Assembly: GCA_039679675.1 (NCBI GenBank)
Contig: JBDKUN010000064.1
Coordinates: 1-31,153, forward strand
Source: Armatimonadota bacterium
GTDB lineage: Bacteria; Armatimonadota; UBA5829; DTLH01
Direction: 5' to 3'
DNA length: 31,153 nt
Part shown: positions 19,540-27,164 of the stretch, one piece after another
Position numbering within the stretch: position 1 is the first letter of the stretch
Layout of the letters: every line of letters starts with the position of its first letter
Program-made: the position numbers and the translations under genes
Notes under the pieces: generated by a model
What the model saw: the letters and a program-made list of their open reading frames with translations, nothing else
Databases searched by the model: none
Told to the model about the DNA's origin: nothing

Positions 19540-22047
19540 TCAGCCTACAACTATATTCACAAGTCTACCGGGGACGACAACAACGTTCCGAATCTTCTTG
19601 CCTTCCAGGAATGGCTTTACTTTTTCGCTCTCAAGCGCCAACTGCTCGATTCCCTTGGCATCAGTGTCCGCCGGAACAGGTATCTTGTCGCGGACTTTGC
19701 CGTTTACCTGAACTACCAAAGTAATCTCCTCAGCCTTGGCGACTTCAGGATCATAATCCGGCCACGGCTGGTTCAGCATAAAACCATCATGCCCCAACTG
19801 GTTCCACAGCTCATCAGCCATGTGCGGAGCCAGTGGAGAAAGAATCGTAAGCAGCATCTCGATTGCCTCAGAGAAGACTGCTGACTTGCTGTTTAGCTTC
19901 ACACTTTGGGTGTACTTGGACAGCTCGTTCAGGAGTTCCATCAAAGCTGCGGCAGCCGTGTTGAACTGAAGTGACTCTATGTCCTCTGTAACTTTGCGTA
20001 TAGTCTGATGAACTTTTCGTGCGATTGTTTTATTCTCGGCTGTTGATTTCGACTCCTGGCGTACCGTATTACGCCATTCCTGGTAATAGAAATCGCCGTA
20101 ATCCTGAACAATCCTCCACACCCTGGAAAGGAACCGGTACATGCCGTTTATGCCGTCCTCGCTCCATTGGATTGACTCCGTCATAGGGGCAACGAAGAGC
20201 TCGTAGACCCTCAGCGAGTCCGCGCCGTATTTCTCCGTAATCTCATCAGGTGTTATGACATTTCCTTTGGACTTGGACATCTTTATCCAGACACTTGGGT
20301 TCTTGGGGTCGGGCGCGAGCACCATTCCCTGGTTTCGCAAGGCATGGAACGGTTCGACAAAGTCGATCAATCCTTCATCATGCAGAACCTTAGTCCAAAA
20401 TCTTGCATAAAGCAGGTGCATAACCGCGTGTTCCGCGCCGCCGACATAAAGATCGACCGGCAGCCAGTAGTCCACGGCGTCCCTGTCGAACGGAGCGTCC
20501 GTGAAGTGAGGGCTTGCATACCTCAAGAAATACCAGCTTGAGCAGGCAAATCCGCCCATGGTATCCGTCTCGCGTTTTGCTGGGCCTCCGCAGACCGGAC
20601 AGGTCGTGTTTACGAACTCCGGTATGGTAGCAAGCGGCGATTCTCCGGTTCCTGACGGCTCGTAATGCTCGACATACGGCAGCTCGACAGGAAGTTGGTC
20701 CTCCGGCACGGGGACTTCACCGCACTTATCGCAGTAGACGATAGGAATAGGCGCTCCCCAATATCTCTGCCGCGAAATCAGCCAGTCGCGCAGCTTGTAG
20801 TTGACCTTAACATCTCCGATCCCATTCGATCCCATATATTCGGCAATCTTCTTTGCCCCTTCGGTATTATGGATGCCATCGAACTGCCCGGAATTGACCA
20901 TCGTGCCTTCTTCGGTATAGGCGTCGGTAAGCTCCGATCCATCCCATCCAGGCGGGGCGATGACGACCTTTATCGGAAGATCATGGCGTTTTGCAAAGTC
21001 GAAGTCGCGGGTATCGTGCGCCGGGACAGCCATAATCGCACCGGTCCCGTAGGTTGCGAGCACGTAATCCGCTATATAGACCGGAACATTCTGGCCGTTC
21101 ATCGGGTTGACGGCGTAAGCTCCGGTAAAGACTCCTGTGCGCTCGCGTTCGGTCGAAAGACGGTCGATTTCGGAGGTGACTTTTGCCTTCTTTACGTAAT
21201 CTTCGACCTCAGCGCGGCGGTCTGGTGTCGTTATCTTCTCAACGAGCGGATGCTCGGGCGCAAGGACGGCAAACGAGACGCCGAAGACCGTATCGACACG
21301 CGTCGTGAAGACCCGCATGCTTTCGTCATAGCCCGAAATCTTCATATCGAACTCGACGCCTTCGCTCCGGCCTATCCAGTTCCGCTGCATGGTCTTTATC
21401 GATTCGGGCCAGTCGATGTCGTCCAGGTCGTTTATCAGCCTATCGGCGTATTCGGTAATCTTAAAGAACCACTGGGGGATATTGCGCTTCTCGACGAGTG
21501 TTTCACAACGCCAGCAGCGTCCGCCCTCGACCTCTTCGTTTGCGAGGACCGTTCCGCAGGAGGGGCACCAGTTGATCGGCGCGCCGGAGCGGTATGCCAG
21601 ACCGTGCTTGTAGAGCAAAAGGAATATCCACTGCGTCCAGCGATAGTATTCAGGCGAGCTCGAATTGATCTCGCGCGACCAGTCGTAGCTCAGCCCGACG
21701 AGGTTCATCTGGCGCTTGTAGTTCGCCACGTATTTGGGGACTGTTTTGCTCGGATGGCTCTTCCTTTTGATAGCCTCGTTCTCGGCAGGCAGGCCGAAAG
21801 CATCCCAGCCCATCGGATGCAGCACATCGAACCCGCGCATGCGCTTGTAGCGGCACATAACATCTGTCGGAATGTAGTTGCGGCAGTGCCCAACGGAGAG
21901 CCCATTCCCACTTGGGTATGGAAAGAACTCAAGCCCGTAGAACTTGGGCTTGGATTTATCAGTTTTCGCTTTAAAAAGCTCGGCTTCTTTCCATCGCTCC
22001 TGCCATTTTTTTTCGATTTCCTGCGGTTCGTAGCGTTTTTCTTCCAT
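19540..22047 (-). CDS. leuS: Leucine--tRNA ligase
   Basis: FPYPSG.GL.VGH (HIGH-like SVGH), GWDAFGLPAEN, MQRNWIGRSEG, CP1 GTGAIMAVPAHDTRD, DWLISRQRYWG, KMSKSKGN and VVQVNGKVR; start ATG 22047 or GTG 22056. Confidence 0.97.
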   Translation of the reverse strand: MEEKRYEPQEIEKKWQERWKEAELFKAKTDKSKPKFYGLEFFPYPSGNGLSVGHCRNYIPTDVMCRYKRMRGFDVLHPMGWDAFGLPAENEAIKRKSHPSKTVPKYVANYKRQMNLVGLSYDWSREINSSSPEYYRWTQWIFLLLYKHGLAYRSGAPINWCPSCGTVLANEEVEGGRCWRCETLVEKRNIPQWFFKITEYADRLINDLDDIDWPESIKTMQRNWIGRSEGVEFDMKISGYDESMRVFTTRVDTVFGVSFAVLAPEHPLVEKITTPDRRAEVEDYVKKAKVTSEIDRLSTERERTGVFTGAYAVNPMNGQNVPVYIADYVLATYGTGAIMAVPAHDTRDFDFAKRHDLPIKVVIAPPGWDGSELTDAYTEEGTMVNSGQFDGIHNTEGAKKIAEYMGSNGIGDVKVNYKLRDWLISRQRYWGAPIPIVYCDKCGEVPVPEDQLPVELPYVEHYEPSGTGESPLATIPEFVNTTCPVCGGPAKRETDTMGGFACSSWYFLRYASPHFTDAPFDRDAVDYWLPVDLYVGGAEHAVMHLLYARFWTKVLHDEGLIDFVEPFHALRNQGMVLAPDPKNPSVWIKMSKSKGNVITPDEITEKYGADSLRVYELFVAPMTESIQWSEDGINGMYRFLSRVWRIVQDYGDFYYQEWRNTVRQESKSTAENKTIARKVHQTIRKVTEDIESLQFNTAAAALMELLNELSKYTQSVKLNSKSAVFSEAIEMLLTILSPLAPHMADELWNQLGHDGFMLNQPWPDYDPEVAKAEEITLVVQVNGKVRDKIPVPADTDAKGIEQLALESEKVKPFLEGKKIRNVVVVPGRLVNIVVG

Positions 22048-22074
22048 TGATTTCACTCTGCCCGAAATAAATTA

Positions 22075-22103
22075 ACGGAACTGGGGAGTTGCCTCAGTTC
22101 CGT
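22075..22103 (-). terminator. Terminator-like hairpin in leuS leader
   Basis: ACGGAACTG...CAGTTCCGT stem followed by TAATTTATTT on the minus strand. Confidence 0.5.
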
Positions 22104-22127
22104 CCTTATACTCATTATTACACAGAG

Positions 22128-22156
22128 ATTATAAGATTGAGGCAGGCGGGTGTCAA
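22128..22156 (-). promoter_or_regulatory. Consensus sigma70 promoter for leuS
   Basis: Perfect TTGACA-17 nt-TATAAT on the minus strand. Confidence 0.85.
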
Positions 22157-22213
22157 GCAGAAGAGCGATCAGCTCTCTTTAGCAGGGGATAGTGAAGAAC
22201 CGGTAAGTGAGTT

Positions 22214-22263
22214 ATGGGACAAGGGAATCCCGTTGTTACGGAATTCCCTTGTCCCATCCTACA
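22214..22263 (-). repeat. GTAG-footed REP-like hairpin
   Basis: Minus strand TGTAGGATGGGACAAGGGAAT...ATTCCCTTGTCCCAT; may also terminate the PEP-CTERM gene. Confidence 0.6.
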
Positions 22264-22289
22264 TTTTTACAACAATTATGAGATTCAGT

Positions 22290-22970
22290 CTATTTGCGGC
22301 GGAGTCTGAGGCTGGTTAAAAGCCCCGCCAAACCAAATCCAAGCCCTGTCAAAGCCGCTGGCTCAGGAACATTAGTATCCGGCACAAGAATATGATTTCT
22401 TACGCTGCCGTCCCTTATGGGCTCTATAGGATCTGCATCCGCAAAACCAGCATTGTAGGCTACGTTCACTGTTCCTCCGACATTCCCATCTTTTGCATAA
22501 AAATCACCCCAGACCGGTGCTCGATAGCTGCTGAAGTTAACGGTAAGGTCTGTTGTACTGACCTCGTTGAACTTGACGCCATGGAGCGTTCCAGGCACGG
22601 ATGAATTACTATTGTCCGGCGTTGGCATTGATGGATTGCCGTTGCTCTCATTGTAATTGCCAACCAACGTATCATCTTCCGGCCAATTCGATGACAGGAT
22701 GTCGCTCATCTGAAAGTCAGGAGACACATCAATAATGAGATGGCTGATGTTACCACTCGGAACAATCAGGTGATAGCTGTAGTCCCACCAGTTGTGTTCC
22801 GAATTGAACGCTACATCCCAAGAGAACGTTGTTCCTGATGTAATCCACGCACCTGTCCCTAGAATTCCCCCATCAAGGCTTGACAGGCTGCCTGTATAGG
22901 CTCCGACTGATGATGCTAAAACAAGAAGCAGCAAAAATACCAACGCAATTCCAAGTTTGTGATTTAGCAA
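22290..22970 (-). CDS. PEP-CTERM sorting domain-containing surface protein
   Basis: Signal peptide; C-terminal VPEP, hydrophobic helix and RLRRK basic tail; AGGAGG RBS before TTG. Confidence 0.88.
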   Translation of the reverse strand: MLNHKLGIALVFLLLLVLASSVGAYTGSLSSLDGGILGTGAWITSGTTFSWDVAFNSEHNWWDYSYHLIVPSGNISHLIIDVSPDFQMSDILSSNWPEDDTLVGNYNESNGNPSMPTPDNSNSSVPGTLHGVKFNEVSTTDLTVNFSSYRAPVWGDFYAKDGNVGGTVNVAYNAGFADADPIEPIRDGSVRNHILVPDTNVPEPAALTGLGFGLAGLLTSLRLRRK

Positions 22971-23047
22971 AGATTCTTTCCTCCTTTGAATGATATTTGC
23001 ACACCTGGTGGTGTGCTATGTTACGTCCAACTTGGGGCGTTATTGCT

Positions 23048-23073
23048 GTACCCATTACCAGGGCAGTCTAAAC
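23048..23073 (-). promoter_or_regulatory. SigB/SigF-type promoter for PEP-CTERM gene
   Basis: Minus strand GTTTAG-14 nt-GGGTAC. Confidence 0.5.
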
Positions 23074-23318
23074 AGCCAGGCAGTGAGATAGGAATGTCTT
23101 GATTGCGCTGTAAGCACCGAAACGAAGCGTCATAATATACAGAGTAGAAGGAGTTTGAGGCTAAAGCTACGGACAAGGAGGGGTGTATGAGGAAGCCACG
23201 AAGCTGGGAATAAGCGGCATCGAAGAATCATCAAGTCTACCCTATCTGAGAGTCTGACCTCAGCGCGTTTTTTACGCTGAAGCCAGACTGAGTAGGGATA
23301 ATCCAGAAAACAGAACCT

Positions 23319-24404
23319 CTATCTTACTGCGGCAAGACAGGGAGTTGATTCGGTTGACTGCGTGATCGCTTCTGCTTTACTCATGATGGCCTCACAGCAG
23401 CCGGGAACGCTCAATATATCACACTCGCTGCCGAGGATGAACGGATGACCGATCCGGCGCATCTTTTCTACGAGTTCGTGTCCTCGTTCAATGACTTGAT
23501 CTGCTGTGATAAGATCGTCAGAGTAGAATTGCTTGGACGGCAGGTTACCAAAGAGCACGGTGGTCTTGGGAACCAGTGATGCGTCCTCCCATAGCTTGCG
23601 GGAACTGCCAAGGCTCAATATCGCCGAGTCAAGTTCAGCGAACTTGCTGACCATATAGTCCGTCAACTCTCCGCAGCAGTGGAATATCAGATCGACTCCA
23701 TTGGCGTCCATCAGGTTTTTCATACGCTGATTGAACGTCATTACGTAACGCTCGAAGATATCCGATCCGCTTTCGATCTGGTTCGGAGAGAAGTAGACTT
23801 TGTTCGCCGCAGGCTCGGCGACGAAGATTGCCATTGCGCCGGCATCTATCTGCTTCTGGATATTGTGCATAATGATCAGCATACCGAAATCGAGCACGCT
23901 TTCGACCAACGCAATCTCCTTATCATCTTCGGCGGTCATTCCAGTTCCGGCCAGGCATACGGGTGTGATTGGGTCACTAACGAGTTTCGTCATCAGCGAG
24001 AATGGACCGATTGACATGCCTATCGGAAACAATTCTGTATTAGTGTCTATATAAGTGATGGCGTCAAATTGTGCCTGTGACTCAGGTATCGCTCTTTCTT
24101 TGAGCTTTTTCCTGACGGTTTCGAAGTCTTCCGAAGAAGGTGCTGAATCGAAATGGAATTTTGCCATCTCGTCGGGCGCAATGCCGATCATACTCAACAG
24201 AGCTTTCTTTTCGAGTTCCAAGTCCATATGAGGAACCGCCAATGGAGTATTGAAGCGGTGAGCGGTCTCTGCAAGGACTTGTCCCAAGCGCTTTCCATCA
24301 AGCAGGATTTCCTCTGCGTCTAGGTAATCATGCAGCACCAAGTCCGCGGCGATGGGCATTGTCAGTCCCTTTTCGGCTAAATCCAAGTAATACTTTCGGT
24401 CCAT
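23319..24404 (-). CDS. Uroporphyrinogen decarboxylase superfamily protein (MtaA/CmuA methyltransferase-like)
   Basis: IGPFSL, Q..AGA..I.VAEPA, F..YV, IFHCCG (H-x-C zinc motif), LFGNLP and FILGSECD; GAGGT RBS. Confidence 0.8.
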   Translation of the reverse strand: MDRKYYLDLAEKGLTMPIAADLVLHDYLDAEEILLDGKRLGQVLAETAHRFNTPLAVPHMDLELEKKALLSMIGIAPDEMAKFHFDSAPSSEDFETVRKKLKERAIPESQAQFDAITYIDTNTELFPIGMSIGPFSLMTKLVSDPITPVCLAGTGMTAEDDKEIALVESVLDFGMLIIMHNIQKQIDAGAMAIFVAEPAANKVYFSPNQIESGSDIFERYVMTFNQRMKNLMDANGVDLIFHCCGELTDYMVSKFAELDSAILSLGSSRKLWEDASLVPKTTVLFGNLPSKQFYSDDLITADQVIERGHELVEKMRRIGHPFILGSECDILSVPGCCEAIMSKAEAITQSTESTPCLAAVR

Positions 24405-24900
24405 ATCTACCTCTGCATATTGCCTGGTTCAATTACAGAACCATTAATAATCATTTCAATAATAGTGTAGCCTTTGAGGCAAGCAAAGGTATAGCAATAT
24501 CAGTGCAACTTTTGGTATAATCGTGCTCCGCATATGGCAAGAGGTCGGGAATGACAAGCTCAGTATATATAATCACTGGCGGAACAGTCTTTATTGACGT
24601 GTACCCGCTTTCTCAGAGTGAACTATCAGGCCAAAAGCTGGTTTCTCCCTCAAAACAGCCAGATCCTCGGCTATTGTGCTCTCTCGCTACATCAGCCTAA
24701 CGAAATTCACACATTTCGGCAATCAGCTTTCAGTCGTCAGTTGTCAATTTAGATAACAGAAGGGATTGTGCGCGGAAGCCGCGAAGATAGGAATAGGCGA
24801 GCAGAATTATGAGACAGCCGAGGTAAAGCAGTGCAATATTAATCTGATAACAACTGGAATCACCGCTTGTTCAGGGCATCCAATACAGCAGGAGAATTGA

Positions 24901-25197
24901 ATGAACATTTGCAATCGGACAGTCGGAGCATTCGGCGAGTTTTGGGGTTATATTGGTTGGGGTTTGTTTCTGTGCCTTACATTTTTACCTTTTTTACCAG
25001 GTGACTCGTCAGTCATTTCGTTGTTGATACTGATCATGATCCCGTTATGGCTTGCGTGGTTCATAATCGATGGGATTGACCAGGAGATTCCAGTCTGGAT
25101 GTGGATAGTCGGCGTCCCGCTATTTATTTTATCGATCGGTTCATTGATTATACGTACTATCTTTTGGGTGGTTTATTACCTGAAGGTGCGTGCTTAA
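24901..25197 (+). CDS. Small hypothetical three-helix membrane protein
   Basis: 98 aa, Trp-rich and hydrophobic; AGGAG RBS. Confidence 0.65.
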   Translation: MNICNRTVGAFGEFWGYIGWGLFLCLTFLPFLPGDSSVISLLILIMIPLWLAWFIIDGIDQEIPVWMWIVGVPLFILSIGSLIIRTIFWVVYYLKVRA

Positions 25198-25348
25198 GCG
25201 GCGCCGAATCACCCTGCAGAATAGATTGATGGAGAATCGTAAGTCAGGTTTTGGGGCAGTGGTGTCCTGAAACAACGAAATTCACGCATTTTGCGTTTCA
25301 AAACTGATAGCTGACGGCTGATTACTGACAGCTAACTGCTGCTCTTGC

Positions 25349-25377
25349 TTGACCACGTGAGGAATGCATAATAACAT
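25349..25377 (+). promoter_or_regulatory. Sigma70-type promoter for MBL-DUF3006-CheB-like-PilB operon
   Basis: TTGACC-17 nt-TAACAT ending 10 nt before ATG 25388. Confidence 0.5.
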
Positions 25378-25387
25378 TAGCTAGAAT

Positions 25388-26257
25388 ATGAGAAGATATG
25401 TGCCGATAATAATACTTGGATTGGCCCTGGCGCTTGGTATCAGGTTTGGAATAAAACAACCGAGTGAGCCGCTTGGGCCTGCTTTGCGGGTGGACTTCAT
25501 CGATGTAGGGCAGGGCGACAGCATATTTATCAGGACTCCTGATAACATAAATGTGCTGATTGACGCCGGTGAACAGGAAGCCGGACCTACAGTTGTGAAG
25601 CATCTACGCCGGTTGGGCGTCAAACGCCTTGACCTGGTTGTTATGACTCACCCGCACAGCGACCACATCGGAGGTATGCCGGCCGTTTTTAAAGCATTTA
25701 AGATCGGCGGGGTCCTCGATAGCGGTTATGTCCAGGGGTCAGCACTGCAGGAACGCGTCCTCAGGATGATAGAGGATGGGAAGGTCCCGTATCACCGTGC
25801 GAGAGCCGGGATGGAATTCCGGCTTGGTCAAAAGGCGCGGCTTGAGGTGCTGGCTCCGCCTGAGCAGCTTATTCGGGGCACGAAGTCCGATGCAAATAAT
25901 AATTCGGTAGTAACCAGGCTTGTGTTCGGCCGTGTTCGGATGCTTTTTACTGGTGATATCGAGCGAGAAGGCGAAGGACAACTGATCGCATCTCGTGAGG
26001 AACTGGAAAGCCAGGTGCTGAAAGTTGCGCATCACGGATCATCAAGCAGCACATCGCTTGAGTTTATCCGTTTGGTCAGCCCGGAATACATGGTGATTTC
26101 GGTAGGCGCAGGTAACGAATACGGCCATCCCAGCGGGGCCACGCTCAGACGCATAGATAAAAGGAAAACAGGCGCATCACTGTTCAGGACGGACAGGGAC
26201 GGCACGGTCACTGTAAAAACAGACGGCCGCAGGATTGTAGTGGAGAGAGAAAAATGA
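25388..26257 (+). CDS. ComEC/Rec2-family metallo-beta-lactamase-fold hydrolase (stand-alone, N-terminal membrane anchor)
   Basis: FIDVGQGDS, LIDAG, THPHSDHIGG, NNNSVV, FTGD, KVAHHGS, N.YGHP and RTD.DG.V; lacks the ComEC channel domain. Confidence 0.88.
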   Translation: MRRYVPIIILGLALALGIRFGIKQPSEPLGPALRVDFIDVGQGDSIFIRTPDNINVLIDAGEQEAGPTVVKHLRRLGVKRLDLVVMTHPHSDHIGGMPAVFKAFKIGGVLDSGYVQGSALQERVLRMIEDGKVPYHRARAGMEFRLGQKARLEVLAPPEQLIRGTKSDANNNSVVTRLVFGRVRMLFTGDIEREGEGQLIASREELESQVLKVAHHGSSSSTSLEFIRLVSPEYMVISVGAGNEYGHPSGATLRRIDKRKTGASLFRTDRDGTVTVKTDGRRIVVEREK

Positions 26258-26478
26258 CAGACCTGCGCGCCGTGGTAGACAGGATCGAGGGCAAGATGGC
26301 TGTGCTCCTTGTAGGGGATGAGGATTACCGCCTGGTCTTGCCGGTGAGCTTCCTTCCTGAGGATACCGCCGAAGGCGATGTGCTTAGTCTATCAATCGCG
26401 GTAGATGCTGCCGCTACCAGAGACGCCAAGCAGCGTGTTAGTGATATTATCGACAGATTGAGCAGGAGAGACGAATAG
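26254..26478 (+). CDS. DUF3006 domain-containing protein
   Basis: VVDRIEG..AVLL...LP..FLP....EGDVL; overlaps the upstream stop (ATGA). Confidence 0.85.
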   Translation: MTDLRAVVDRIEGKMAVLLVGDEDYRLVLPVSFLPEDTAEGDVLSLSIAVDAAATRDAKQRVSDIIDRLSRRDE

Positions 26479-26519
26479 CCTGAACTCCCGCTCTTTTATC
26501 TTTACAAGCGGGGTGAGAT

Positions 26520-27164
26520 ATGCAGCAGGTAAAAGAAGAGTCTTCTCCTGAGATAGCATCGCGGGTACAAGTGCCGAAGGCAGTTGTAGTTATCGGCGCG
26601 TCTACCGGCGGTCCGTCCGCGCTTGCCAAAATATTCCCCAAGTTTCCAAAAGATTTTCCCGTTTCGATCGTTGTCGTCCAGTATATGCGTCCCGGTTTTA
26701 CAAAGCTGCTTGCCCGCCAACTTGATGGAATATCCGAAGTCTTTGTGGATGAGGCGGAAACTTATCTTCCTCTGAAACCTGCGGCAGCGTTTCTTGCGCC
26801 TGGGCATTGTAGCGTGCGGGTCGAACGTATAGAAGACCCGGAATGCCCGCCGTTTACGCTTACTGCCGAAGATGTGAGCTCGTCTGTCGAAAAACTGCGG
26901 AGACGTGTAGATGATGCTATGATTTCAGCCGCTGAGACTTTCGGAGCGCATACAATCGGTGTTCTCCTGACCGGGGTGGGGGATGACGGACGAGACGGAA
27001 TGAAGGCAATAAGAGAGTTCGGCGGGAAGACACTGGCTCAGGATGAATCATCCAGCATAGTTTTCGATATGCCGAGGTCTGCCATCAATGCCGGTGTTGT
27101 CGATGAGGTAGTTCCTTTGTGGAACATTGCCGAACGGGTCATCGAGATCGTGGGGGATAGTTAA
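26520..27164 (+). CDS. Stand-alone CheB methylesterase-like domain with His-to-Tyr catalytic substitution
   Basis: VIGASTGGP.AL, VVQYM (canonical QHM), GVLLTG.G.DG..G, AQDE.SS.VF.MP; no receiver domain. Confidence 0.85.
   Translation: MQQVKEESSPEIASRVQVPKAVVVIGASTGGPSALAKIFPKFPKDFPVSIVVVQYMRPGFTKLLARQLDGISEVFVDEAETYLPLKPAAAFLAPGHCSVRVERIEDPECPPFTLTAEDVSSSVEKLRRRVDDAMISAAETFGAHTIGVLLTGVGDDGRDGMKAIREFGGKTLAQDESSSIVFDMPRSAINAGVVDEVVPLWNIAERVIEIVGDS

Noticed and set aside
20665..22050. 461-aa ORF antisense to leuS
   Set aside because: Shadow frame expected from GC-rich codon bias; no recognisable motifs.
22057..22127. T-box riboswitch upstream of leuS
   Set aside because: The leader is only about 70 nt and lacks the GGTGGNACCGCG T-box motif.
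23160..23172. 13-nt match GCTAAAGCTACGG to positions 19-31
   Set aside because: No flanking similarity; compatible with chance.
23140..23300. 6S RNA
   Set aside because: I could not build the long closing stem with a central bubble by eye.
24695..24880. Integron attC site beginning GCCTAAC
   Set aside because: No complementary GTTAGGC-type end or attC-like fold, and no integrase in the window.
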